A stretch of 64,000 nucleotides of DNA from Sedimentisphaerales bacterium (GCA_963708075.1 OY970194.1:5152001-5216000), one strand, 5' to 3'; positions 1 to 13,652 are shown, numbered from the stretch's first letter. Notes: generated by a model not told the origin, from the letters alone. Translations and numbers: made by a program.

Positions 1-216
1 CTCAGACACGTTGCCGCGAGCCTCGCCGAGCGGCGCGGTCCCCAGCCCCAGGATCGTAACCTTGGCCCCGGTGCGCCCCAGCACGCGCGTAGGCAGGCCG
101 TCGTTAGCGGCCTCCGTGGCTTGGGCTTGCACGACAGGGCACGCGACGGCCAGTCCGGCGCTCGTCAGGATTCCTTTCCGAAGAAACTCGCGACGGCTCA
201 AGTCGGATAGAGACAT
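1..216 (-). CDS. Aldo/keto reductase with Tat signal, N-terminal part (runs off the window start)
   Basis: Manual translation MSLSDLSRREFLRKG...LPTRVLGRTGAKVTILGLGTAPLG: SRREFL Tat motif followed by a typical AKR N-terminus; RBS GGAGG upstream. Not in the ORF track. Confidence 0.8.
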   Translation of the reverse strand, partial: MSLSDLSRREFLRKGILTSAGLAVACPVVQAQATEAANDGLPTRVLGRTGAKVTILGLGTAPLGEARGNVSE

Positions 217-232
217 GGCTTGTCCTCCTGTA

Positions 233-2222
233 TCAGCGTGATGTTGATCCTTTCTCGACAGATGCGGTGCGAAGGTACTCTTCGGCCTTGAGGATTTCGG
301 TATTCAGTCCCCGCTGCAGGTCTTCCGGGACCGCTTCGACCTCCACATGCGGCTGGACTCCACGGAATTCAATCAGTTGCCCATCCAAACCCCAGCGGCT
401 GCGCACCGAGCACACCACCGTGGCGACTCCACTGGGGAAGGTCCAATCTCGCTTGGCGCTGGACGCTCCGGCCGTCGTGGACCCAAACAGGCGGGCCCCG
501 CTGCGCCCAACGAGGTCCCGGGCCATCGTCTCGCCGGCGGAGATACATCCGGCATCGATGATGGCGGCGACCGGCCGGGGGAGGCTCCCGAGTACGTCAA
601 GCAGATCTTGACCATAACCGCCTCCGCCGTTGCCCCGCAGATCGACAATCCAGCCCTTGGCGTCGGCATGCGTTGCGAGGGCCTCCTTGAGACCAGACAC
701 CGTGGTGGCATCGATCTCTCGAAGATAGATATAGCCTGCTCCGCCGGCAAGCCCGGCATAAGCATATGAACCTGCCTGCTTGAGAACCCTCGGGCCGATT
801 GTACGAGTGAGGGAATCCGGAGCGGGCGTCGTAGTCACACGCGAGTTCCACGCGACGTTCGCCCTCATCAGTGAGAATCGACAGGGCGTGCTTCCGGCCT
901 CTCAGTTCTGTCTGCAGCGGCAGACGATAGGCAAGCAACCTGGCCCTTTGCCGACCGGACATGCCCCCTTCGGCCCAGATCTTCTTCGCCTCTTCCTCAA
1001 GACAAGTGCGGGCGTCCTGATCGTCGATCCTCGTGACGATGACGCCCGTCTTCAGAGCAGGATCGAGGCCGTCCCGGCACCACATGACGACGACCCGCCC
1101 CTCCGTCGCCGGCAGAAGGCTGATCCCCGGGTAGTATCTGGCCGGCCACGGCGGCGGCGACACACGCGTCTTGGTGAATCCCATGTGCGAGTCGTGCAGG
1201 CACAGGATCGCGTCCTGCACGATCCCAAGGAACTGCTCGTCCGACCGGCAGTCCTTGACCTTGGCCTGCAGCCGGTCTTTCATGCCGACCCAATCCGTCT
1301 GAATCCCTTTGAGCTCAAAGAAGGGATACGTTCGGTCCATCTCATCGAAGAACGCCGTCAGGTCGCGCTCATAGATGTTCGATGCGAGAGGTTCGGCCGC
1401 CTCATGGGCCTGCAGGATCACCTCGTAAGGCTCGAGATGCCGGTAGACGCGAAGGAGAATACCGTCATCGTCCACCCAGTACTCGGTCTTGTTGCCGGGA
1501 CCTTTCTTGAACCATGTATTGCTCTCGGTCCGCTGAATCTGCAGGAAATGCTTTGCTTTGCACTTGCCGTTGGGCAGCAACACGCCGTCCTCATCCACCA
1601 GATCGAGCGTGATCTCGTAGTGGTTGATTCCCTTGCCCTTGGGGTCCGCGTCATAGGCAGTGAACGTTTGCTCCCCGCGTTTGTCGAGGTTGTAGGCTTG
1701 GAGCAGGACATACTGAATCAGGTAGGGATCAGGCCGGGAGTTGAAGTCCGGCAGGGCCCCGCCTTTCACCTCCCAGTCGAACTGCTCTTTGGAACCCCAG
1801 GTGACATGAACGGCGTTCTCTCCGGCGAATTGGAGACTGTCCGTGTACCCCTTCGCAATGGACCGGTACTTGTAGCTCACAGGCCGGCCCTGACCATCCA
1901 CGCAAAGCAGGTAGTCCCTGTCCGACAGGCCGGTGAGCTCAAAGTAGGCCGTCTTGTCGGGACCAACGTATTTCGCCATCTTCACCCGCGGGGAATCGCG
2001 CTCTCCTATGCGATGGACATACTCGCCTTCGAAGACCTTTTTGGCGTCCGCCGGGATGAACCACTCCTCCGGCTTCGCCTGCGACGACTCCGAGGAAGCC
2101 ACCTCCGCAAGAGCCACCGCCAGCCCAATCCCCGTCAAGACGGTCTTATGCAGCAACCCCCGCCGGCTGAATCGTGAGCCACATGCGCGTTCTCTACTGG
2201 TACAGGCTCCATTCGCCCCCAT
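233..2222 (-). CDS. S41-family (tail-specific/C-terminal processing) peptidase with Tat-like signal; one frameshift near 790
   Basis: ORFs 597..2288 and 233..868 join after removing one base (SYNRPEG-LKQAGSY). Motifs LHDSH, DLRGNGGG, ISAGE and GVQPHV are typical of S41. SRRGLL signal; RBS GGAGG before ATG at 2222. Confidence 0.8.
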
Positions 2223-2235
2223 GGCTGCAACCTCC

Positions 2236-2868
2236 CTATCCCTTCGCACGCAGTCCATGCCCAAATACTCTTCCAACGCGTTCTGCAAATGGTCTGAATC
2301 CGGAAGGACATCGCGAGGACAAGATGTCGAGATTGAGTCGAAGGGCTATTTCTGCGTACATCTCGCGTTGAGCCATCTGGTTCACACCGTTGTCGAGTAG
2401 GTTCTGGCAGACCTTTTTGGGCTTGCGAATGGTCTCGGGATTGCGTTGTCTCGCAATGGTGCATCCAAGAACGTCCGTCAATGCCTTTTCGTCCGCGAGC
2501 ATCCACGCATCAAACATCTTGATCGCGACCCCCATAGCGCGAGGCAGATTAGACGCAGGTTCATCCGGATCCCAGTACTCCTGTGCCTTCCGAATCTGCT
2601 CGCTTCTCTTTTCTTCAGGACGATCTTGATCGATGAGCAGAATCAGTGCGTCGTAGTTCTCCTGCAGTGCCCACTCCAGCCATCCCAAGGCCCGCTTGGT
2701 GTGTCCATCCCCCGTGCCATGGAAGGCATGGACACGATCGTCAGACACGCGAGCAGGAGTGAATTTCGCTTCGCCTCCTCCCAGCCTCTTGACCAAATTC
2801 TCCAATGCTCCAGATCGTTCGTGCTCCCCCTCCGCCACCAGCAACACATGCATGGGCCTCTCAGTCAT
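2236..2868 (-). CDS. DUF4276-like / TOPRIM-fold protein, partner of the ABC-type ATPase
   Basis: N-terminal VAEGEHE and central LIDQD motifs resemble the TOPRIM E and DxD motifs, plus FDAWMLAD; overlaps the stop of the upstream ATPase. Confidence 0.65.
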   Translation of the reverse strand: MTERPMHVLLVAEGEHERSGALENLVKRLGGGEAKFTPARVSDDRVHAFHGTGDGHTKRALGWLEWALQENYDALILLIDQDRPEEKRSEQIRKAQEYWDPDEPASNLPRAMGVAIKMFDAWMLADEKALTDVLGCTIARQRNPETIRKPKKVCQNLLDNGVNQMAQREMYAEIALRLNLDILSSRCPSGFRPFAERVGRVFGHGLRAKG

Positions 2869-4064
2869 TGACCACTCCCCTCCGTCGCCTTCTGAGACAC
2901 GGCAATCTTCTCATCACCCTGGGACGTCCAGATTTCTCCAAGCGTGAACACATCGACTTGCTTCCTCACGGCCGGGCTCTCCGATAGTCGAGTGGTCTTC
3001 ACCTCGCCATCGGCCTGCATGGTGCAGAGAGTGGCCTCCTCCGGACTGAACAGGTCCAGGACATAAGGGGAGTGTGTTGTGAGGATCACTTGCGTATGCG
3101 ACTGTTCATGGATGAGTTCCCGCAGGACCCCGAGCACATCACGAAGACGTTTTGGGTGCACGCCATTCTCCGGCTCTTCAACAAGCAACACACGTGGCCG
3201 TTTCTCCTGTGGCAGGTAGAGGATTGTGAGATAGGCAAGGACCAGGAGTACTCCATCAGAAACTTGGGACGCCGGCACCCATTGGTCTGCGTCCCTCAGC
3301 TTGAAGTACAGTCCCTTGCCATCGGCTTCTTGGAGCATCGTGACCCGGTCCGGATCATCTACCGCTGCGCGATAGGCGCTTTCCGGACTCAGCCTCATAG
3401 ACGTGATGTGCGGGAATATCTCAGTGAAACGTTTCTGCAACTGAATGAACCGGTCTGGATTGTCGCCCAGTATATTGTCCAAGCATAGGGCCAAGCCGAA
3501 GCCGTTTGACTCCATCCTGAAACCACGCTTGGTGTCGGGTGCAACCGGCAAGGCCAGAAATCTGGGATCCCACCGGTAGTAATGCACGCCCTCTAACAGA
3601 CTCTTTATGGTGTGCCATTTGTCGCTATGAATATCCGGATAGCCTGGACCCTCTGACTGGTACCTCACCCTCGTGCTACCGACAAAGATGTCTGATGCTG
3701 GTGGGTCATGGAAGACAGGGCCTGCACGTCCTTTTTTGAAACCCTCCTCTGTAATCTTGGCTTGTCTGCCACGGCGTGCGAAAAGAACGTCAATCCTATA
3801 TGCGGTAATCACATCACTGTCGAAATCCACCGCGATGCTCACAGACAGATCAGGCTGTCCGTTCCGGACCAGTTCGGTGCCCTTCCAAGCTCCTAGAAAA
3901 GCATCGGCCAGATCATGGTCTACGCTTCGACAGAGAGCGGCGAGGGCATCGAGGATGCTTGTTTTACCGGAATCATTCGGTCCGATGAGAACGTGGACTG
4001 GGGTAAGCTTGATGTCAACGTCTCGCAGAGCTTTGAAGTTCCTGACTCTCAGTCTCTTGATCAT
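2865..4064 (-). CDS. AAA_21/AAA_15 ABC-type ATPase (defence-associated)
   Basis: MIKRLRVRNFK start, Walker A GPNDSGKT, SDG signature, Walker B LLVEEPENGVHP, H-loop TTHSP. Confidence 0.88.
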   Translation of the reverse strand: MIKRLRVRNFKALRDVDIKLTPVHVLIGPNDSGKTSILDALAALCRSVDHDLADAFLGAWKGTELVRNGQPDLSVSIAVDFDSDVITAYRIDVLFARRGRQAKITEEGFKKGRAGPVFHDPPASDIFVGSTRVRYQSEGPGYPDIHSDKWHTIKSLLEGVHYYRWDPRFLALPVAPDTKRGFRMESNGFGLALCLDNILGDNPDRFIQLQKRFTEIFPHITSMRLSPESAYRAAVDDPDRVTMLQEADGKGLYFKLRDADQWVPASQVSDGVLLVLAYLTILYLPQEKRPRVLLVEEPENGVHPKRLRDVLGVLRELIHEQSHTQVILTTHSPYVLDLFSPEEATLCTMQADGEVKTTRLSESPAVRKQVDVFTLGEIWTSQGDEKIAVSQKATEGSGQ

Positions 4065-4214
4065 TTCGCTTACCCTCGGAAATCCAAATCGCATCTGCTG
4101 AGTCCATCAGCGGGTGCTTCTCAACTGTTTCGCAAGAGCAAGTATGATGGATATGCCAACAGATGTCAAACCCCATGTGGGCCTATGCAAGCCAGCGCGT
4201 TGAGTCTATATACT

Positions 4215-4949
4215 TTAGACTTCAACCTGTTTCGGGTTTTCCATTGAAAGGCTGCTCGAAATCTCCTGTAGTTTCCTGAGGCTGGTTTCGCAGTCGTCGG
4301 GGGTGTAGAACTTGGGACCCATGCCGCAGGGCAGGGTCAACAGGTCGCCGTCCTGGAAGTCTCTCACATCCTGCCGGTTCTGGACGCCCCAGGCGATTTG
4401 CCTGCCATTGCGGTAGGCGGGGTACTTCGTGATGTCGTACTCGGACGCATCGTGACTGATGATCTCGATCTCGGAGCGGAACAGGTCGTCCCAGTTCATG
4501 CTGCCACATACGTGGACGCCTCGCGTGACATCGAAGCTCTCGAACAGGGGCGACCACAGGCGCTGATAGTCGAACCCCACCTGGCCGAGGGCCGGCTCGT
4601 CGAGAAAGAGAATGACCTTGCCGACGCGCAGGCCGTCGAGGATGGCGGCGATGTGCTGGCAGGCTATGGTGATGGCGTCATCCTCGGAGTAGCCGCTGAG
4701 GATCAGGGTCGCCGGACCGATGCACTGGACCTTGACCACGTCGCGGCCGGCGGTCCGCTCCTGAAACGCCCGCAGGCAGCTCAACTGCCCGGGGCGCTTG
4801 ACGTACTCCAGCATCGCGTCCCCCAGCTTCGGCAACTCCGGCAGGAAGGGGATATCATGGCGAAGGCTGTACTCGACCGCCGCATCGACATCGTCATACG
4901 GCAACGACCCGATCTGGGTCACAATCCTTTGCTTACGCGTTGAACTCAT
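4215..4949 (-). CDS. Cobalamin-independent methionine synthase (MetE catalytic-domain)-like protein
   Basis: IGSLP...PFLPELP, KVQCIGPAT, FLDEP, GVHVCG and TLPCGMG motifs of the short MetE-like family. Confidence 0.65.
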   Translation of the reverse strand: MSSTRKQRIVTQIGSLPYDDVDAAVEYSLRHDIPFLPELPKLGDAMLEYVKRPGQLSCLRAFQERTAGRDVVKVQCIGPATLILSGYSEDDAITIACQHIAAILDGLRVGKVILFLDEPALGQVGFDYQRLWSPLFESFDVTRGVHVCGSMNWDDLFRSEIEIISHDASEYDITKYPAYRNGRQIAWGVQNRQDVRDFQDGDLLTLPCGMGPKFYTPDDCETSLRKLQEISSSLSMENPKQVEV

Positions 4950-5013
4950 TCCTTTGATGTACCTCTGTGTTCCTTGTGACTGATGAGCCTCAGCTAAGCG
5001 CTCCATAAGCTCC

Positions 5014-5102
5014 GGGTGGCAGCGTCAAGCGCAGCTTGGCGATGGCCTTCCTGGAATTCGGTGCAGTCATCGCCAAGGCTTGCGGCCTTGACGCTGCCAC
5101 CC
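5014..5102. repeat. Palindromic REP-like element, family GGGTGGCAGCG...CGCTGCCACCC
   Basis: Terminal inverted repeat with internal hairpins; related copies at 24632-24719, 30339-30418 and a half copy at 18365-18401. Confidence 0.85.
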
Positions 5103-5122
5103 ATCTGTTTGTCGTTGTTGTC

Positions 5123-6541
<1,419 letters not shown>

Positions 6542-6909
6542 ATACGCCCTCTCATCTCAAAAACCAACAACTGAACCATAGGCCCCAAAAAGGCCGTCCC
6601 CATGTTACCATATTCCCCGCCCCCCGCGAAAGGAAAGACATCCTGCGGGACGGCCATGTGTGACTACGTTTTGTGGGGGAATAACTCCCATTTGTCATGC
6701 TGAACGAAGTCAAGCATCTGGGCAACGAATGCAATCAATGCTTGTTCCCATGCTCAGGCCAGATCCTTCGCTACGCTCGGGATGACAGAGTCGGTGCAAG
6801 GGATTAGCGTCGATCATGGTACGATGCCGACCCACAAAAATCAGTCGCACACGGTGCCCGGTATGCCACGGCGTTTTGCGCCGGAACTGACCCCACCTGG
6901 CTCATCGGA

Positions 6910-9900
6910 TCATCGCGCGAGGGTCCGAAGCACGGGGACGAAGATGAAGGTGGACAGAGTGGCCGAGAGGAGGCCGCCGATGACGGTGATGGCGAACGGC
7001 TGGAAAATCCGCGAGCCGACGGCGGGATTGACCGCGACTGGGATCAGTGCGATCATCGTGGTCGCGGCGGTCATCAGGATCGGTCGCAGACGCACGGAGA
7101 CGGCGGATTGCAGGGCGTCGCGGATGGGCAGCCCGGAAGCGACGCGACGATTCGCGTATTCCACAAGGACGATCGCGTTATTGACGGCGATGCCGACGAG
7201 GGTCAGCACCCCCATGCCGACGGAGATGTCCAGCCCGACCTGCGTGATCACGAGCAGCAGGATCGCTCCGACCAGGCCCATGGGGATCGTCAGCAGGATG
7301 ATCAGCGGTTGCAGCCACGAGCGGAACTGCACGGCCATGATCAAATAGATCAGCAGTACGGCGGCCACGGCGACGAGCACGAAGTCCCGGATCGTCCGCG
7401 CCATCACCTGGTACTGGCCGGTGAAAGCGATGCTGTAGCCGCTGGGCAGGTTGATGGCGGAGAACTTCCCGCGCAGACGGTCCACGGCGGCGGAGATGCT
7501 GCCGCGGACCTCCGCCAGGATCGTGACCTGTCGCTGCCCGTTGAGGCGAGTGACGGCGGAGGGGACCTGGGCGATGCGGACATCGGCGACCCGGCTCAGG
7601 GGCACCGGCTGGCCCGCCGGCGTGGCGATCGCAAGGTGCACAAGCCAGTCGAGCGTCGCCTCGGCGGGCGGCTCGGTCTTGACGAGCACACGTACCTGCT
7701 GCTTCTGTCGAACGATCGTCGTGGCCACGACCCCGAATCGGCCGGCCTGAATCGTCTGAAAGACATCCTCGGGCGACAGGCCGCAGTGCGCCAGCTCGAC
7801 CGGGTCCGGCCGGACAATAATCTGCGGGCTCTTGATCTTCGTGTTGTTGATGATGTTCCTCAATGCGGGGTCCGCGGCCATGATGGCTTCAACCCGGGCG
7901 GCTGATGACACCAACTCGTCGAGGTCGGGCCCGAAGATCGTCACGCCAAACATCGCCGGCAGTCCGGACAGGCTCTCATCCATCTTCTCCTGCGTCGGCT
8001 GATGGTATAGGAAGACCACGCCGGGAATCCGGTCGTATTCCTGACGCAGGCTGTCCATCACCTGGCTGAGCGTGCGGCGGCGCTGCGAGCGGGACGTCAG
8101 TTTCATGGTCAGCTCGCCGCGATCGACGCCCTCAACTCCCAACCCCTGCTGCGCCGAGCCGGTGCGACGGTACACGGTCTCGATTTCCGGCTGTGCCATC
8201 GCCCAACGGTCCAGAAGAGCGCCGATGCGATTGCTCTCCTGCAGCGACGTGCCCGGCGGCATGATGTACTCGATCAGGATCGCACCTTCATCGATGGGAG
8301 GCAGAACGCTGACGGGCCCAAGCAGCCCGGCCAGAGCGCCCAGGCACAGCACCAGCACGCCCAGGACAATCGTCGCCGGGCGGTGGGCAAGAGTCATGTC
8401 CAGGACTTGGTGCAATCCCCGCTCCAGTCGCGAGAGCAGTGCCGCCCCGATCGGCGCAGCCGGTGAAAAGCCGTGCTCATGCCGCCGAACATCGCGGGCA
8501 CAAACGTCAGGGAGACGACCAGAGATGCCAGCAGCGCGACGCTGACGACCAACCCGAACGGCCGGACAAAGAGCCCGGCGATCCCTCCGATGAACAGCAA
8601 CGGCACGAACGCTGCAACGGTCGTGAACGTGCCGGAGGCATCGGGCCCGGCGATCTCGGCCGCCCCCGCCAGGCTGGCCGCCTGTCGCGGCTCGCCCAAC
8701 TGCAGACGCCGGATAATGCTCTCGCTGACCACGATGGCGTCGTCGACTACCATGCCGATGGCCAGCGTCAGACCGGAAAGCGTGATCACGTTCAGCGTCT
8801 GGCCGAAGACTTGCATCATCGCCAGCGTCGCCAGCAGCGTGATCGGGATCGTCACGGCGACAATCAGTGTGGCTCGAAGCGCGCCCACAAAAAGGAACAG
8901 CACCGCCACGACCAGGGCCGCCCCGACGATCAGATCGTGAAACAGCGAGTTGCGGGCTTCGGAGACGATGTCGGCCTGGTCGTAGAACTTGCGGATGGAT
9001 GCGCCGAGCGGCAGGAGCGTCCTGACGCGCGCAAGCTCCTCGTCAACGCCCCGGACTACGCCGATGGTGCTGGCGGCGGGCTGTTTGCTGATGGCGAAAG
9101 CGACGGCGGGCACACCATTGGCCTGCACCTCATAGTGCCGTGGGGCCCGGCCCGACCGCACCGTAGCGATGTCCCGCAACAGCACGACCCGCGTGCCGTC
9201 ATTGACCACGGGCACGGCTTCCACCTGCTCGACCGTCTGCAGCCGGCTGTCGCCCCGGATGGAGTACTCGCGCGACCCCCGCTCGATGAAGTCCGCCGCT
9301 ACGGCCAGGTTGTTGCGGGCCAACGCTGCCGTGACAGTCCCGACCGTCAAACGCGCTCGTAGCAAGGCCTCGGATCGAAGCTGCACAATGAACGCGGGCT
9401 CGTCCCCGCCGAGCACGTCGATCCGGGCCACTCCCTCCACGCCCATCAGCCGATTGGCCAGGTCCGTCTGCACTGCGGTGCGCAGCTCGATCGGGTCGGC
9501 GCCGCCATAGACCACGTAGCCGGCCACTTCCTGCAGCGTCGTGCCGATGTTCTCGATGCGGGGGACGAGCCCGGCGGGCAAAACACCCTCCAGGGCCGAG
9601 ACCTGCGCCTGGACGAGCTGGCGGGCGTCGGTCAGGCGCGTGCCCCACTCGAATTCGGCGGTGACCAGGGAGATGCCCTCGATGGAGGTGGAAGACACGC
9701 GTCGGACGGCCGGGATCGTGCGAAGGCGGTCCTCAATCGGCCGTGTGATGAGCAACTCCATATCCTCCGAGGCCGCACCGGGATAGTGCGTGATCACGTT
9801 CACCACGGGCACATCCAGGCCGGGAAACAGCCCCACCGGCAGATGAAGCAGCGCGAAAGCTCCGGCCCAGACAGTCATCGCCACCAGCAGCACGACGGCG

Positions 9901-9938
9901 ATGGGATTGGCGATGATCAACTGAAGAAGCCTCTGCAT
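6910..9938 (-). CDS. RND efflux permease (CusA/CzcA/AcrB family); frameshift near 8450
   Basis: ORFs 8394..9938 and 6910..8415 are the N- and C-halves: GMVVDDAIVVSE, GIAVNNAIVLVE, RLRPILMT. Confidence 0.9.
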
Positions 9939-9942
9939 GAGC

Positions 9943-11043
9943 TCAGTCCTCTACTTTGAACTGCTCGTTGAACCGCCGGTAGAACAACTCGTACGCGCCT
10001 TGCGTGACGACGGGCTGCCCTGGTTCGAGCCCGGAGAGAACCTCGACCCAGCCGTCCTGCGTCAGTCCCAGACGTACGGGGCGGGACTCGTACGTGGTGT
10101 CTTTCTCGACGAAGACCAGCGGCTGCTCGTTCGCGTCGTACACGATTGCAGATTGCGGTATGGTCAACGCCGCCTGCCGGACTGCGATTATCACTTCGCC
10201 GCTCACGGTTTGCCCGGGACGCAATCGCTCGCTGATCTGCGGACCTTCGATCCACACGACGGTCGCCCCGGTGCTGCCGGCCTGGGACAGCACGCGGCGG
10301 ATCGTGCCCGCCAGGGACTGGGTCGCATCGATTCGGACCGTCGCCTCGCGGCCCTCCATCGCCACGGCCCCGCGAACAAACACCGAGGCAACAACACGAA
10401 GATTATTTGAGTCTATTACTTCTCCAACCAGGTCGCCGACACTGACCGTCTGGCCCAGGCTGACCCGGCGGTTTGTGAAAACGCCCGCCACCGGCGCGGC
10501 AATCCGAACCTGCTGCTCGAACGATTGCAGGGCCAGTTGGGCATTGCGCAGCTCGCCTGCACGCTTGATCTGTGCCTCCTGGGCCGTCGCCAACTGCTCC
10601 GCCGTGGCCAACTGAGCGCCCAGGCTCTGCTTCAGCCGCTCCACCGTCTGCCCGGCGAGAGCCAGTTGCGATTGCAGCGACTCCGCATCCGCCTGCAGCC
10701 GGGCCCGCTGCATCTCGATCTGCGGCCCGCCCAATTGGACGACTGCCCCCCGCTGCTTGACAGGCGCTTCGTCCCGGGCTTCGATGGTCTCCACGCGGCC
10801 CGCCTCCAGGGCCTTCAATTGCACCAGCGCCTGGCTCTCCACGACGCCGACCCACGGGACCACTTGCGAGAGTGTGCGTGTCACCGGCTGGGAGGTGGCG
10901 ATGAAAGCCATCGCAATGGAAGATTGTCCCGCGGGTGGAGACTCGCCGGTCGAGGGCCTGTTCTGCACGTGCCGGTACCAAAGTCCGATGCCCGCCATAA
11001 TGACCACAACGAGAACAACGACAATCCACCGCCTGATTCTCAC
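9943..11043 (-). CDS. RND periplasmic adaptor (membrane fusion protein)
   Basis: N-terminal TM segment, IAAPVAGV lipoyl-like motif, C-terminal VEVLSGLEPGQPVVTQG; lies between TolC and the RND permease. Confidence 0.9.
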   Translation of the reverse strand: MRIRRWIVVVLVVVIMAGIGLWYRHVQNRPSTGESPPAGQSSIAMAFIATSQPVTRTLSQVVPWVGVVESQALVQLKALEAGRVETIEARDEAPVKQRGAVVQLGGPQIEMQRARLQADAESLQSQLALAGQTVERLKQSLGAQLATAEQLATAQEAQIKRAGELRNAQLALQSFEQQVRIAAPVAGVFTNRRVSLGQTVSVGDLVGEVIDSNNLRVVASVFVRGAVAMEGREATVRIDATQSLAGTIRRVLSQAGSTGATVVWIEGPQISERLRPGQTVSGEVIIAVRQAALTIPQSAIVYDANEQPLVFVEKDTTYESRPVRLGLTQDGWVEVLSGLEPGQPVVTQGAYELFYRRFNEQFKVED

Positions 11044-12463
11044 GGCTGTGTCTCCTTATGCTCGGTCCGCTCGGGGATCTGGTACAGGCCCGTTGCCAGC
11101 TCCATCGCCACGACGGCCTCGGCCAGTTGTTCTCTCAGCGTCAGTACCTTCATGCGGCTGGCGGCCATGTCGTTCCAGGCGGCGTAATAGGTCAGGATAT
11201 CCACCCGCCCGGCGGTCAGGGCGGCGCGGTAGCTCTCCTCCGTCTTCGTCAGCGCCCCTGGGCCTGCTGGGCGGCGGCAATCTCCTCGTTCAGGAACTGA
11301 ATCCGGGACAGAAGCATCGCGACATCGGAGCGGGTCTCAAACAGCCGGTTCACGTACTCGTCGTAAAGCTTCTGTCGCGTCGCCTGCTCGACGGCGATAT
11401 TGGCCTGGTTGCGGTTGAAGAGGGGCAGGGTCACAGCGATCCCGAAGCCGACGGTGTTGACGTTCTCGATGTCCCGACCGACGGTCGGCCCGAGGTTGAG
11501 CCGGGGGAACTGGTTGAGGACCGCCGCACGGACCGCCGCCTCCTGGCTGTCGTACCCGCGACGCAACGCGAGCAGGTCCAGCCGCCTCTGCTCCAGATCG
11601 GCGAGCAGCTCCTCTGCGGCCGGCGGCTTGAACGAGGAGGGCAGCTCAATTTCGTCACTGAGACGAACCGCCGATCTCGGCGGCAGGCCCAACAGCCGAT
11701 TCAGTTGAAGGCGCTGTTGCTCAGCCTGTTTCTTCAGATCGAGTAACGTGGCATATGCCTGCCTGCTTGCCGATTCAGCGGCGGAGCGCTCCCTGGCCGT
11801 CAGGGTTCCGCCGGCGACCGCTTGGTGGACAAGCTCGGCGTTGCGAGCCAGATGCTGTCGAGCCTCCTCCTGCACGGCAATCCGCTCTTGCCAACCGACC
11901 AGTGCAAGCACGGCCGTCTTGGCGGCCTGGGCCGTCTGCCATTCCTGCCAGGCGATATCCGCCTCAACGGCTGCCTCGTGGGCTTCGGCTCCCTGCATGG
12001 TCGCCGAGCGGGCGACCAGCGAAGTCACATCCCAGCTCAGACCCAGGCCAAACCCGTTCACCGTTCCTTCCGTGTCGCCGCCCGTCGGGCCCTCGAAATC
12101 GTACGATAATTCAGGATTGGGAAGCAGCCCCGCCCGCAGTAACTGGGCGCCGGCCAGAGCTCTCTCGTCCCGGATCGCACGCAGAGATGGATTGAGCAAG
12201 ACCGCCAGCACGCCGGCGGCCTCCGGCGAGAGACCTTCATTGGGATCGAGCCGGATGGGGCGGAGAATCGGATGCCTGATCTCGGCGGCAAGCACCTGTA
12301 TCCGCGTCATATCCGGGCCCGCCAGAGCCTCCAGCTCCGAAGCCTTTGGAAGCGGCTTGGAACGATAGGCCGCGCAGCCGCCAATGAACCACGCCGCCAG
12401 GATGGAAAGGCAGACTGCCCGACCAGTACCGGCTCGTGCTGTCGCCGCGCAGCGCCTTTCCAT
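11040..12463 (-). CDS. TolC-family outer membrane efflux lipoprotein; frameshift near 11255
   Basis: Lipobox IGGC, LLPNPEL, LPLFNRNQANI. The reading frame resumes (LTKTEESYRAALTAG...) and ends in a GTGA overlap with the adaptor start. Confidence 0.85.
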
Positions 12464-12646
12464 GACGTTCACGCCTTGCCGTCGCATTCCGTGTCGAGGC
12501 CTTTCTTCCTTTCGGCTGATTCAGGTCGTACAAGCGGCTATTGTAGCACGTTACTTGGGATTTACGATTCACGATTAATGATGTACAATGGGGCACCTCG
12601 CCGCGGGCGAGACCAGGCAACAGTGTATGGGGAATCGTGGAATTCC

Positions 12647-13642
12647 ATGCATCCGATCCTCATCAGGATACCGTGGATTCATCTGACCATCTGGAGCTTC
12701 GGCGCGATGGCGGTGCTCGGGTTCATCGTGGCGATCCTGGTGACGCGGCGGATGTGCCGCAGCGTGGGGCTCGACGCCGAAGTGATCGCCAACGCGGCCA
12801 TGTACTCACTGATCATCGGCATGGTCGGCGCGAGGGCGTTCTTCGTGGTCCACTACTACGACCAGTTCCGGGGGGACTTCGCCGGCGTGTTCGCCGTGTG
12901 GCGGGGCGGCTTGGAGTTCCTCGGCGGCGTGGTCCCGGCCATCGTGTTCATGCTACTCTACCTGCGTCATCGCAAACTGCCCGTCCGCCGGTACTTCGAC
13001 ATCCTGGCTGTCGGCCTCATGATCGGCCTGTCGTTCGGGCGGATCGGATGCTTTATGAACGGCTGCTGCTTCGGCAGGCCGACGGACCTGCCCTGGGCCG
13101 TGCGCTTCCCGTACCGGTCCTATGCCTACCTGAGTCAGATCAACGCCGACCCCAAGAGGCACAGGGCGCATCCCTACCTGGATCTGCCCCGCGCCGAGTA
13201 CCAGAGCTTCACCGACGCGGAAGGCCGATGGTACCCGAAGCCGTTGGCGGAGCTGACGCCGCAACAGCAGCATGAAGTCACCCACGGAAAGCTTCGTTGC
13301 CTGCCCATCCATCCAACGCAGCTTTACTCCTGGGCCGCGGCCCTGCTGATGTCCGCCATTCTGTACGGCTTCTGGCGCAAAAGCCGCAGCGAGCCCGACC
13401 CCGGCACGCCCTATTGGCGCTTCTGGCGTCCCGGCCTTACGGTTTCCATGGCGTTCATCATCTACGGCATCACGCGACCCATCCTGGAATCCATCCGCGA
13501 CGACAATCCCTTCGAGTTCGCATCCCTGACCATCTCCCAACTCGCCGGCATATTCCTATTCGTCATCGGCGTACTCCTGCTTGCAGCGCACGTGTTCGCG
13601 AAGCCGTATGGACCAGCCAAGCTCAATACAGTCTTGCCGTGA
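12647..13642 (+). CDS. lgt: Prolipoprotein diacylglyceryl transferase
   Basis: MHPIL start, GARAFFV, GGLEFLGG, GRIGCFMNGCCFG, HPTQLY, ISQ motifs. Confidence 0.93.
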   Translation: MHPILIRIPWIHLTIWSFGAMAVLGFIVAILVTRRMCRSVGLDAEVIANAAMYSLIIGMVGARAFFVVHYYDQFRGDFAGVFAVWRGGLEFLGGVVPAIVFMLLYLRHRKLPVRRYFDILAVGLMIGLSFGRIGCFMNGCCFGRPTDLPWAVRFPYRSYAYLSQINADPKRHRAHPYLDLPRAEYQSFTDAEGRWYPKPLAELTPQQQHEVTHGKLRCLPIHPTQLYSWAAALLMSAILYGFWRKSRSEPDPGTPYWRFWRPGLTVSMAFIIYGITRPILESIRDDNPFEFASLTISQLAGIFLFVIGVLLLAAHVFAKPYGPAKLNTVLP

Positions 13643-13652
13643 GGACGAAGGT

